From positions 15,128,001-15,192,000 of the forward strand of contig OZ076412.1 in the NCBI GenBank assembly GCA_964187785.1: a stretch of DNA of 64,000 nucleotides, given 5' to 3'. Positions 51,276-63,426 of this stretch are shown here, one piece after another. Position 1 is the stretch's first letter, and the number at the start of each line of letters is the position of its first letter. Source of the DNA: Amphiscolops sp. MND2022 (lineage: Eukaryota). The notes below the pieces were generated by a model. It worked only from the letters and a program-made list of their open reading frames with translations, did no database searches and was not told the origin of the DNA. Position numbers and translations under genes: made by a program.

Positions 51276-54200
51276 ATGTCTCCGAGACGCGCTCGCCGAG
51301 TCATAACTACGTGTTCCCGGTGTGTTTATTCCTCAAAATGCCACCATATGTTCATCATGTACGCCAATTTCTTTGGAAGAGCCAAATAGTTTGCCTAATA
51401 CTGATGGTGTCCCAAATCTTGTTGAAAGCATGCCCCAGCCTTCAACCAGTGATGACTGTGCCTTGTGTGCAGTACATGAAAAACACAATGGTTCCCTCTG
51501 TGAATTTTGTTCAACAGCAACCCTTTCAAATTATTCATCAGAAGACTGTCAAAAGTGTCGAAGACGTACTTCGTTGCCTCTCAAGAATGTTTCAATGAGC
51601 TATGTGAAAAAGACCTTATTTGGTTGCGCGCTACCCGGAGAGCAAGAGGTTGCAAGACTGTGTGAAGAGTGTTCAGATTATGCCGTTAATGGTCATAAGG
51701 CGTCTTGGTCCACAGTGTGGTCCAGTGTTATTCTGGATTTCCTTTGTGGGAAATATAACGGGACTACACCGGGAAGACAATTTCACCACCTCTTACCACC
51801 GACTATTCTGAAGCAATATCAACATATACTATAAACTGAAATTTCTGTTGATGATTCAGTTTTTGACGATTTAACACCAAAGCTATTTGAGTTTCAAACT
51901 CTGAAAAAAAATTGAAAATTGAGGATATAAAGAAGGCGCACAACAAATACTGTTTCCCTGATATCCGCTGCCCTTTTGGCTGTACAGAGTTTGTTGGCGA
52001 GACTGGTCGAAACCCCATGCAATACTTTCGTCAAAAGTTAGATCCGATGTTTGAATTCAAAGGAACGAATTGGAAATTGCGCTTACGATGTGTTCCACCC
52101 GACTGGCTATCCCCTTACCCTCACAATAACGTCTTCAAAGTCAAGCCCCATCTTCTGATTGACAGCATTAAAGGTTTGTGCATTGCTACATGCAAGTTCC
52201 ACAATGGCAGCTCCAGCAAATTTTTTGTTCATCCCCCAAGAAATCCAACTGGACGCCTACCTTCCAAATACCCGAATCGCCTCGGTCCAGCCACTGTTAG
52301 TTATAACTGCTATAAACCGGCTAAGCCAAACTTTTCTTCTCACTATTAATCCATGGGTGTTGCTAAAGGAGGCTTTTCTGGTATTAGTTCAACTAGTATT
52401 GCTTGTAAAAGAAGATGGGACGTTGCTTTTGGAGAGGACGATGTTACTAGAACTAGAGAGGCACCCATGTTAACCCCATCTTACAGAAACTGGTGCACAA
52501 ACGTGAATTGTCGCAAAACCTTTTTGACATTTTGACAGCGTTACATCTTGTGAAGGGATTCCGGATAGCAGTGAAGTCTTAAGATGTCTACAAACCACAA
52601 CTTCTGTTCCTCTAGAATTAGATATGGCGTTGAAGACAATACAAGAACAAGGGTTACATATCACCTACTTTCCCAGTTTTGCCCATCCACTTAGTGATTA
52701 CGACTCAGACCCCCCCGATTTAGCTGTGACAAATCTTTCCTCGCTTTACATATGGTGCTTGACAGTAATGTTTGCACTCAGTTGCACTTTCCACAAGAAT
52801 TTACTGAACTCAATTCAAGATAATTGTTCTTTTGCTGAAGTTTTCATCCTTCTACTTTGCATCAACGAAAAACCACCGTCACCTAAAAGAAAACGTCAAG
52901 TAGCGGAGTTACTTCAGTCAAATGCATGTGATGGAAACACAGATGTAGTCGACGATCTCGACCAACTGCTCTCCAGCATCCCAATCGCTAAACGCGTAAC
53001 TGTAGATGAACGTGGAAGCAATATTTGATTCGGCCTGCAACACCAAAGTTGTCACTTTCACACAAAAAACAAGAACAAGAGCCCATGAGTCCTTTTTGCC
53101 CGATAGAATTTCTTCCAGCAACGGACCTAGTGTATATGAATTGAGATCAGTTACAATAAAAGAAGGAAACACTGTCAAAACAGTCGTCAGGTATGGAGGT
53201 CGATATGGCTGCTGGTGGCTGTACTCCAGTTGTGTCAAGGTCCCTGGAAAAATTGACGTGGATGACAATGCGCTCCTTACTCAATTTCATAATAATTGGA
53301 TAAGTTGCCACTACGAAATGATCGATTCACTTGACTTGCAAGAAGGTGTCAGTATTTGGAGTATTTGAGAGGCCAGGGTCGATTTGTTTGGGAAAAGCAC
53401 AACATACCTCTGACTGTTAGTAGGCAAAAAACAAACACCACTTGTTCGTTCAACTCAAGTTGTCGAAGAAAAGCTGCATGGCAATGTCCATCGGACGAGT
53501 GTCAATCGGCAGCTTGTCGTACTCACTTCAACATTAACTCACTCAACGACAATCGAATACAAGTCAGGGCCCCTTCAGCAGCTGCCAGTGTGTTGCTCTC
53601 AAGTACAAATGAAGAATGTGACGAGGATGACTATCTTTCGGAGCCTGAATCAGAGGAAGACCCATTTTCTTTTACAAACTTTGTAACAGACGCCGGCAAC
53701 ACAGAGAGTACCAACTTTTCTGCTACTGATGCTGGTGATAATGCTGTTGAAATGGATAATGTGATTCAGACCAAGCCAACTCACGTCCTGTTTAACACAG
53801 ACTGTCATATCCTACAAAGAAAGCAATTGAGAAATGAGCGTCGAAAAACATCCTCACAATTTCTGCAAATATTGTTGCCTCTACACCAGGTGATTCGATA
53901 CCCTTTGTTTACCCTGATGCATCTTTGTTTCCAACCTTATTTTATCATGAGCAAAACGACGGAACTATGACTGGTGCTCTCCCCGCTCCTCTTTTCGGTG
54001 ACAAAAAAAGCGAAACCTTCACCTTTGCAAACATTGAAGACCATAAGTGCAGTTCTGTTTTAAACCCAAATTTACTATAGTCCACTGATTTGAGAAGTAT
54101 CCAAACAACTTTCGACACTGTTTTGAATAAACGCTCATCTTGTTCTGACACCCGATTGGTTTTGAACCGAGGATTCCAAGAGGTGTCATCAAAAAGTTCC

Positions 54201-57200
54201 ATATACATCACACCGACATATCCAAGAATTCATTTCGATAAAGCTGACTCCAGAGTTCGTGTAAACGAACTGGCCGCCCTTTTATCGGAAGAACCAGCAA
54301 GCTTTTTTCTTACACTTACGTGTAATCAGAGAGAACATTTTGGTGTAGCACCAATCTTCGAAGCTCTAGAGAAGCGTTTTGCCAGAAACAAGCCGATACC
54401 AAAGCTTTGTAACTGTTCCAAATGGTACTTTTAACGAGAGCTTGGTACCGTTCTGCGGAAGCTTTGATGGAGTGGATTGAGAAGTCGCCCGAGAAACCAC
54501 TTGAGCAGTTACAAAGCTTTGGTATCGGTATGAATTCCAGTCCACAAAAAGAAACTTGCAGCATATCCATGCTGTTATCTGGACGAAAGAATCAAAACAA
54601 GAACTTCAGTTCAAATATTTGTGCTCCGGATCATCAGCTTTGTTTGAATTGAAGAAGCTTTCTGTAGAAACCAATTTAGTAGATGTTGACAAAATACAGA
54701 AAGTTTGGAGTGATTTGATGACAATCCAGACCCACTCTTGTGAAAAAGCAAATTATCGTTGCCATAAAGTTGTCAAAGATGATGGGTCGAAAATGTGCAG
54801 AGTGCCGCGTTATCCTCAATCACGGGAGTATTCGTGGAGGAAAGTGCCTTCATATCATTCCGACGAGGCCTTGTTGAACCTGTTCCGCTTGGACCTTGCT
54901 GTGCCTTCATCAAGTATAGACAATACGTTTGATGTGTCCCCTTGACTCCAAGGAGGCAAAATCGAAAACCCGGCTTCTAGCGATGAGCATTTGTCACCAT
55001 TCAACACTGTTATTCCTTGCTTCAAAGTCATCTCAGAACCTCCAGCTGTGTGATGAATACTTGTCTGTGAGATACATAGCAAAGTACGCTGCTGGTATCG
55101 AAGAACGTGCTGATTCAAAAATTGACCCTGTATCTTTCAAAGAAATTAAAATCCAATCCAGTGGCTTGAGAAATGTAAAGATTGCTGGATGTAAAATCAA
55201 AGCCAAAACGAACGAAAAGAACTTAGTGCAAATAATTCCCCAAGTGGAAGCAGTATGGTGGTTATTGGACTTTAGATATGTGTACAGTTCTGTTCCGTTT
55301 AAGCATTTGTCAACACACGAGAAAACCGAACGCGGAGCTTTCATCAAAATCCACGCGAGGACTAATTCTCTCGAATTTCCACTCGCCATTCTCAAGACTT
55401 TCAGTTTTCCAACTTTTCGACTCAATTTTCCAACTTTTCGACAGTTTACAGAATCCCAATTGCTTTTACTGAAAGATTCGCTGTCCAGTGAGTACACTAG
55501 ATGCAAAATTAGTTTTCAGCGGTAGACCCCAGCCCTAATGTAGATAACCCTTGCCTTTATTTCGAATGGTTCAGTCGTGTTGCAGTCAAACGTCCCGAAC
55601 AAAACTGAAAGATAGTGTGAATACATCACAATGGATCGACGTTTTTGGCTGTGCTGTTTATCTATGAAGATGTTACCTTGAAGAGTTTGAAAACTACATC
55701 CTAAAACTCACACAAGAAGGTCACCACAATTTACAGAAGTTTGATGCAAATACAACAATTTCATTTCTTCAACAAGATAGGTCTCAAAACAATAGGGGAT
55801 CATTCAGTTCAAGTGGTCACATCCAACATTGTTCCATCGAACCCATTCAAATCTCTGGTCCACTTTGTGTTGTCAAACGGACATTTCGAGACAAAAGTTG
55901 ATCTTTCAACCAGGAAAACATGTTAGAAGTCTTCAAAAACTGTAAACTTCTGCAAAACAAGGAAACTTATTCACAAGAAGATGCCTGTTTTAATAAAGCA
56001 CTACGTATTGAAAGAACTCAAGTACCTGCCTGGTGCAAGCCGCTCGTTTGATCGCCATTCAGTGTCCAGCTTCAATGTATTTTCTGATCTTGTCGCAAAC
56101 AATTCCATCCACACTGAAGCCCTACCATCAACACCGCATTGCGAAATTTCGGGAAACGCCGAAATTGATTTCATTGTTCATCAAAATGAAAAACGTGAAA
56201 GATCTATCCAGGGTTGTTAATTGAACCCAGCTCTAATTCCCTTACAGAATAACAAGAATTTCTTCAATGCCACTCGTGAGAACCCATTTACTTATAACTT
56301 CCCCTTCTCTAGAGCCAGCGGTCGGTCGGAGAATTCTTACAACTTTGAACAACGGGTTTTCGAGAGTTGTCTACAGAAATTAGACAATTACATTCAAGCA
56401 ACAGACGGTTTTGTCAAACATCAAATGTTTTTGGGACGTTCTGGAAGTAAAACACTAGTGTGCACATTGATTTTTCTACGAGCCATTGCCAAAGGACTGA
56501 ATTGCGCTATCACATGCTTGAGTGGTGAACGAGCTCAACAGTTAGGTGGAGAACACGTGCACAAAATGTTTAAGTTCATAGTAAACAGAAAACAAGTTTC
56601 TGAGATTATGGCCAGTCAAAGCGTCATATTTCTTCTCCGAGATACGTTTCACGGAACTAGAACGTCTGAACGTATTATTTATCGACGAAATAGGACAACT
56701 GAACGTCGAAACACTCAATGCTATGGAACTTGTCTTACAGAATGTGCGCGACAATAAACTACCAATGGGTGGGGTCTTCACCATAATGACGAGATCCGAA
56801 GCAGTTACGTCCTCCCGATGGCTCGTTGATTTGGATTTCCCCAAAACTTCTGACTAACTATGACTTCCAGTATTTCAAACATTACGTTCGTGTAACTCCA
56901 GGACTACTACGACAGCTACTTGCGAAACTTGACAAGATATCAGCCCAGCGGAAGCAGCCGATCTTGCTAAAGAAAGTAATGCCAATTGCGTCATTAAAAC
57001 AGCTCGGGAAGATACTGATGATGACTTTGCCATGCGCGTGTTCAGCACTAGAGCTTCGGAAAAGGAGGCTGTTTCGAAACATTTTGCGAAAATTGTCGCG
57101 GACCAATCTCTTCCTGTTGTCACCCTCACGGCGAAAGATAAAGAAAGCTCAACTGGTTCATCAATCTGGCTCCCCGCTTCTAAACAAAACTCCAACTACA

Positions 57201-58222
57201 TTGATAGCAATTCAATCACTTCGAAGAAAATTTTACTTTACAAAGGGTCTTTTTTCAGATTCACGGCGAATCTATCTAATATTCAAGCCAGACAGGGTCA
57301 ACTATGTGCAGTATTGAATCTCCCTGAAGAATCTTCGAATGTCCTTGAAGTGTGGATGCACCACCGGGATGCCGTTATATAACTGTCATCGATGAAGCAT
57401 CTCTTTTAGCGCAAGGTTTGCGCAAGGCTACCATTTCTAATGTCTACACACCAATTCACAAGTTTGAGAGACACTTTTTCTAAAATAGTGACTAAAATTT
57501 TATTGACTGAGAGAAGTTACAAAATTTGGGAGAAGGAGCAATTGCTGGTTTTATTGAGTAGGGTCAGTAAACTGGATGATATCACATTTGTTGGAAGTTA
57601 AGAAGTTAAGAAAATTTGGTATCAACATTAACAGCCGTATTACAGAAGCCATCATGTTGGAGTGATTTTATTCAAAACTTCTTTGAGAAGTTTTGTTCCC
57701 CGGCAATAGCGCCAAATGTCCCTTCTCTAAACCTTTTGACAACCAACTTCGTTCCGTGGAATGTAGTTTTACCTGAAGATGACACTGGTTTTCTTTTTCT
57801 ACTAATCAGCACTAAAATGAAAAACGTGTTTTTATTGGAGAAACCATTGCACTCCGTCGTGCATTAAAAGACATTAACTGTGGCGATGGGGATCTTGAGA
57901 CACGTCCGATTGAAAGGAGACCTTGGGGCTTGCTGGCATTCATCACAGGTTATTCTCATTTTTCTTCAACCATAACTTTCATGTAGTAACTAGGTTGACA
58001 TTATCGTATTATCCGTTCGAAAATAAAGTAAAGTTTTCGTGTTTAGGTTTTCCAACAGACAACTCGTCACTAAAGACAACTTTGAGAAAAAGTCTGGCGT
58101 CCAGTTTCAAAAATAGAGCCTCATCAATCGGTCCCAATATAAAAATTGCTATTTTGGAATCAGCTGAGAAGTCTTGGAATTTTCAACCATCAAAACCTTA
58201 CGAACTTGCGGCTTATACAGTG
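51276..58222 (+). mobile_element. Decayed Helitron-like (HLE2/Helentron-type) Rep-PIF1 helicase-GIY-YIG reading frame; element termini not found
   Basis: Rep motif I FFLTLTCN (~54305). Motif II LWYRYEFQSTKRNLQHIHAVIW (54518-54583). Motif III YIAKY (~55075). PIF1 motifs GRSGSKT, LSGERAQQLGGEHVH, LFIDEIG, PMGG, KQLRPP, LLVLLSRV. GIY-YIG at 57781-58030. Many frameshifts and stops. Confidence 0.9.
57781..58030 (+). pseudogene. SLX1/UPF0213-like GIY-YIG nuclease domain, in the same broken reading frame as the helicase
   Basis: GFLFLLISTKMKNVF / IGETIALRRALKDINCGDGDLETRPIERRPWGLLAFITGY (1-nt frameshift in a T-run), then ..YPFENK in the next frame. Confidence 0.75.
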
Positions 58223-58780
58223 TAGGCACTCTTGACTCGCAATCACGAACAAAAGCTGCTGAGGTTGCCCGGGTCACGCAGTGAGCCGTGGGCAAGCTCC
58301 TTGTGGAACACCAAACACATATCTCGTCCACATTAATAATATAGTTGCCTCTTCTGTTATCCTCCACTGTCAATAAATGTTGAGAGTGGTGTCTGGCTCT
58401 CTATAGGGCACTTACAGCTCCACATCCTCAACTTTATTGACAAACACTTGTTTGTGCCCTTCCAATAAACTGAATTGTTTCGAAGAATTGACTACTGTTG
58501 CATTTTTATTCAATAAATTCAATGGTTTATTGTTTGTAATTTTAAAACACTGTTAGTAAAGCAAATTGTTGTGTTCAAAGGAAACGATCCACAATTGTAA
58601 AAACAACCGTAAAAGAAGACAGAAAAAAAACTAACCATCAATTCAGTTTCTTGAAAGACTATTTGTTTTGTAGGTTCGTTGAGGAATTTGGTAGATATCA
58701 TTATTGAATGTGTGAAACGTGTTATATGCCAGTGTGAAACTAATTTATTTATTTTTTTTCAGAATTCTACTGCATCCAAA

Positions 58781-59382
58781 ATGCCAGTGAATAATCAAGA
58801 CCTCTCTGCTGAAGAAGCTGCTTCGCGCACTACAGCAAAGCTTACGTCAATCCAAATTAGTGAAATTTTGAAAGGCCAGTGTACCGATACAAAATATCTG
58901 CATTGTAACGTACTGCACGCGAAAAAATGTGTGAAGGCTATTTCATACTTCAAATTCAAGAATGGAAAGAAGCAAAACTGTGAGCTGTCCGAAAAAAGTG
59001 TCATTGCCTGATTTCCTCCACTTCCACATCCAAACGAAAACCTTGACCTTGTCGAAGGTCGATGCTGTAGGGAATGTGCAATGGAGTTTTTTGCGACGGG
59101 CAACCAAAAAGCGATTATCCTTGCCTTGAGGTGGACAACGGAAAATCAAGTTGGGTTCTATCGGCTGACGTGACTTGTGGAGAACTGCATTACAGTTCAA
59201 AAATAGGGTCTAGGCAATTGATTAGATATTTTGCTCCTAAGTGTAAGAACGCTGACCCACACAAACGAGAGTTTGACGTGCTTGACCTCTCAGATTCGGT
59301 TGAAAAGTGTGTCGAGAAAGTGAATGCAGCAAGTAGCTGGCAACTATTCGGATGGCTCAAACCGACTGACACTGCACTGTAG
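58781..59382 (+). pseudogene. Disrupted Cys-containing ORF of unknown function downstream of the Rep-Hel frame
   Basis: Polypyrimidine-AG acceptor at ~58762, then ATG 58781. One stop (59011) and one frameshift; ends WQLFGWLKPTDTAL*. Confidence 0.45.
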
Positions 59383-59804
59383 GCTACTAATTATGATCTT
59401 GATGTGCATGTCATATGCATCCGCCCTCTCGTTCCCGGTGAAGTTACGGCTGATTAGTTCTTTCGATGCCATGTTTTGAATATAGTCAATAGGAGATTTC
59501 TGCTTCTTGTATTGTGTTGCCGCTGCGTTGTTCTCTTTCGTCGGTTGTTCCTTTCGACCCAAAACACATTTGGAAAATGTGCAGAAGCTACATTTTAATG
59601 CAAAACAAATGCAAATGCCACTCTCTGGTATTCCGTCCTTCGAAGTTAGAAACAGATGCTCAATCAATGTCCGGCAAAACTAGTCGATCAGATTAATTTA
59701 GGTTGAACCTCAGTTACAATTGTCGGAAAGTATTGAATTCTGAATGCACCTTAATCATTAGTAAACATGGATGACAATTGGCATACATTCAGTTCAGTAT
59801 GGTT

Positions 59805-60810
59805 ACCAGAGTCGCATATGCGGTAAAGGAGTCGGCTTAGGTCTTTTTCCTTCTGATTAGCTCGAATCCCAGTCATACGAATTTGATGAAATAGCACACA
59901 AAGGACCATAATATGGTATAGAATGACTGTAGAAAGTTTCGTTCAAATCGTATGGACAGTTTTTTATAAAATCGAAAAAAGTCGAAAAGTGGCTGTTTTT
60001 TGGCCATTTTGGGCTAATTTTAATAATAATAATAATAGTAATAATAATAATAATAATAAAAATAATAAAGGCTTCAGGACAAAGTCCAGGGGTGTGTTAA
60101 TCCCCAGTTTGTGTTGTTCAGTTCAGGTTGCTATTGGAAAGTTGATCTTCACTTCCTTGCAGTTTGTGCATTCACATAAGAGTCTACAGGTGCACAGATC
60201 ATTTTCACAAAAAACTTGTTTCAAAGAATTGTCGATAGAGATGACAGAGTTTCGGTTTGTAGTCCTTGTGAAATAGAAAGTCTTGTTTGAAGTAGTCGTT
60301 ACATATATTGGCGAGTTGACATGTTCGCTTCCAGAAATCTGATTCACACTTTTCAAGCCGAAAATTTGGGCATTTGAAGTTTCGTGTCATTTGAGTCCGA
60401 GTGGAACCTACTTGTCATTGTGACGTATATTCTCCAGTCAATATCTACTTCTTCGTTCAAAATTTTAGCGAAGAGAAGCAAAACATGCAATTCATGATAT
60501 AGGGAGAGAGGCAGAATTCCGAAAGTCAATGGTTTCTCTTTGTAACTCAAGACTTTGTTGGGTAGAATCCAACTGACCGCTTTCGATGATCATGAGATTG
60601 CTTTTGGCTATGTGTTTGACTATGTTTCTCACATTCCAGTCATGGGATTTTGATGTCTTTGCTCATGCAGGGGCCCCTTTGGGTGTAGAATGACTGTGCA
60701 AAATTTTATGAAATCGTATGTACGGTTTTTGAGAAATTTGAAATTTTCATGAAAGGTCGGGAGAGAAAAAACACGATTGCATAAGTAGTCGAATATTTTT
60801 TCCGACTCTA
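59805..60810 (-). mobile_element. Family 1 element, third copy, split by a LINE fragment
   Basis: ACCAGAGTCGCATATGCGGTAAAGGAGTCGG at the left; AGTCGAATATTTTTTCCGACT hairpin at the right. Confidence 0.65.
60022..60601 (-). mobile_element. 5'-truncated CR1/L2-group LINE 3' end with (TTA)n tail
   Basis: Minus-strand SYKEKPLTFGILPLSLYHELHVLLLFAKIL is typical of post-RT C-termini. (AAT)n at 60022-60068; TTTT on both flanks. Confidence 0.75.
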
Positions 60811-61531
60811 CAAATGAACTTTAACCTTTCTGACTTGAAATAATTTTGGTTGGGAGCCCAAAACATATCGGTTGGGAGCGGTGTCACTCCGCAGTATCAG
60901 GTATTTTAAATTTAAACCACGTGCCATACGCAAAGGCTTTAGGTCGGTATCAAAAATTGAACATAACGAGGAAAAACACTAACAACGGATTATCTAAACT
61001 ATTCTGAATTTCATCAATATATATTCCACTGTAAAATCAGCAAACATCTGAAAGTCATTGTGTCGTCCAAGAGCAGCTAAGTTTTTGAAGCTCAAAAAGA
61101 AAAGGTGAATTCGGCTTCTGATACGAGCTCATGCAATCATATACGAGTGCGATTCAAAAACAGTTTCCTTTAACGGTACACAATAAAAGTTATCGCCTTT
61201 ATAGCAAAACACATCATGCGGGTAACGAAACACTCCAGATTAAGAAAAATGCAAAAATCTGTTGGCTGGACCTAACACCCTTAGAGGCTAGTACTCATCT
61301 ACCAAAATTCAATGGCTCAGGTTTATCGACAACAGACCAATGACATTCACTTTTAATTGAGATTAACGGTGATGCCCTAGTATAAGAATACAACATTTCA
61401 GAAGTTGCGTGCGGAAACCAGCTAATTTAGCGCGAAATGAAAATAACGTCGGTAAAGGGGTGTCCCCACGAGGTCAGTGACGGTTCTGAATAACGAAAAT
61501 TTAATTAGAAACAAAGTTGGGCAAAACTAAC

Positions 61532-61780
61532 GACTTCTTTCAGCTGCTCATTGATGACTTCGGCTTGGACATCAGTGAACCCAGATGCAACAAGAGCTTT
61601 GTGAAGTTTGTGTGTGTCATACTCAACTTCATGTGTAATGGTTGTTGAAAACCTTGACTTCCGGTATCGAAACACATGTTTACTACATCCCAAAGAAACA
61701 GCTCCGCCAGAAAACGTTGTTTTAACACATTTTGCGAGGCTACACACGGTTCGTAATTGTGACAGGTCCAATTGCACCAT
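61532..61780 (-). CDS. CCDC90B: CCDC90B/MCUR1-family, exon 1 (spliced product ~236 aa)
   Basis: ATG 61780. Basic/hydroxylated presequence-like N-terminus, then YDTHKLHKALVASGFTDVQAEVI (family FDTH..V..LE..GF...QAE motif). Donor GTC|GTTAGT, phase 0, joins exon 2 in frame. Confidence 0.88.
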
Positions 61781-63426
61781 CCGCCCTTCCGGAAGGAAAC
61801 CACTCAAGATGGCTCTGAAGAATACAATTTTTCAGATTCCAAAGAGCGTCGCAATATCAATCATCATAGAACAGGGGCGGTCAAAAGTTAATTGTCATTG
61901 CAAATAATTGCAATTTTTCATTGCAATAATTGATTGCTTTACTTGTGCAATTACAATTAACTGATTGCGCTCTTACCAATTAATTGCATATCTTAGTTCT
62001 TACAATGTGGCTGTAAATAGGTCGAATTTTTCTGGTCGAAAGGACAGAGGTCGAACCTTTTGATCGAATTGCAGGGATCGAATGGAATGCGGTCGAATTT
62101 TATCGTATTTGTTGTATGGCTGGGTCGCTTCGCTCCCTTCGCCAAGTAGCAACATTGAGGCATGGCCATATGGCACGTCGCTCCGCTTCGCTTCTGCATT
62201 CAGGGCACTAGGGGTATGTGAACATATCTGACTACGTTATAAAAATTTCGATCCGAGTTGTTTCGATCCCATTCAAAAATTTGGTGTCGACCTGAGCACT
62301 AACTCTGATTTTCGATCCCGTTCTGTTGGCGCCAGTCAATTGCGAGATCAGAAACTCAAACTCGAACGTGACTGATGAAACTTATAACTCAAAACACTTA
62401 GAAACTTTATCAAGATTTAAGTTGGAAAAATACAAGTCTAAGCAAAAATGACCCTATGTAAAAAAAACACCACCCCCCCGTCCCGGAAAACCACTAATTC
62501 AATCACCTTGAAACTTGGCACACATATAGTGGTGGTGATACACTAACTTTTCACTCTTAACAACCTACCCCGTATCTCCCCTGGGTTCCGAGCAATTAAC
62601 ACCCAAAGTGACCTAGGTCGGACCCCCTGAAATCCCAATTTTGATATATTAATTATTGTGATTTTCTCATATGACCTTGAAGGAAATTCATCTCTGTTGA
62701 AATTAATGATATTTACATTGTGTAAACATACTTTCTAACCCACCTAACCAACATGCCAAAACCACCACATTCTTTGTTTAGTTAGTCAATAACTTCATTT
62801 TATGCTTTAAATGTCATTTATTTATACAACATATTTCAACTGATATTTGCTTATATTTACTGTAGAATTGTAAACCATATGTATACCATTATTAGATAGA
62901 GATTTGCTCCACTGAATAGCTATAGTCAAGTTGGGTCTCAGGACCGCGAGACTAATTAATCAACTTCTCAATCTTCACAACTTTTCGCTAGAGTCAGAGC
63001 GACTAAGTAGCTACTCTCATAGTTGGAGAGCCGGAGCGCGTGAAGATACAGTGAGGGAAGTGTGTGTGTGCAGGATCACATCGGATCCAAATCAGTGCAA
63101 AGAGGAATCGCAGGAGATTCCACGGGTCACATCGGACCCATCAAGCCAAAAGATACAGTCCTTTAAAACACAAGAAACCAGGAATTGTTTAGTGACGGTC
63201 CACAGCACTAAGCAACGGATCAGGGCGGCGTAAAGCTTGTCAAGCCTCAGCGCAGGATAAGGGCAAGCAGCCGTTACATTTGGTCCGCCGACCCGGACAA
63301 CTCGTTGGTCCGCCGACCCGGACAACTCGTTGGTGGACGACCCGGACTAGAAGAAGACGACTCGTTGGTGGACAACTGAGAAGATTGCCCAAGAAGAACA
63401 AGTGTCTGGATCTTGGAGTTGCTGAT

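Noticed and set aside
59805-60810. Family 1 copy as the terminus of the Rep-Hel element
   Set aside because: Its orientation is opposite to the expected one and it occurs independently elsewhere.
61785-61796. ETS/GABP-like palindrome CCTTCCGGAAGG before the CCDC90B ATG
   Set aside because: A single short motif with unknown TSS; cannot be supported from sequence alone.
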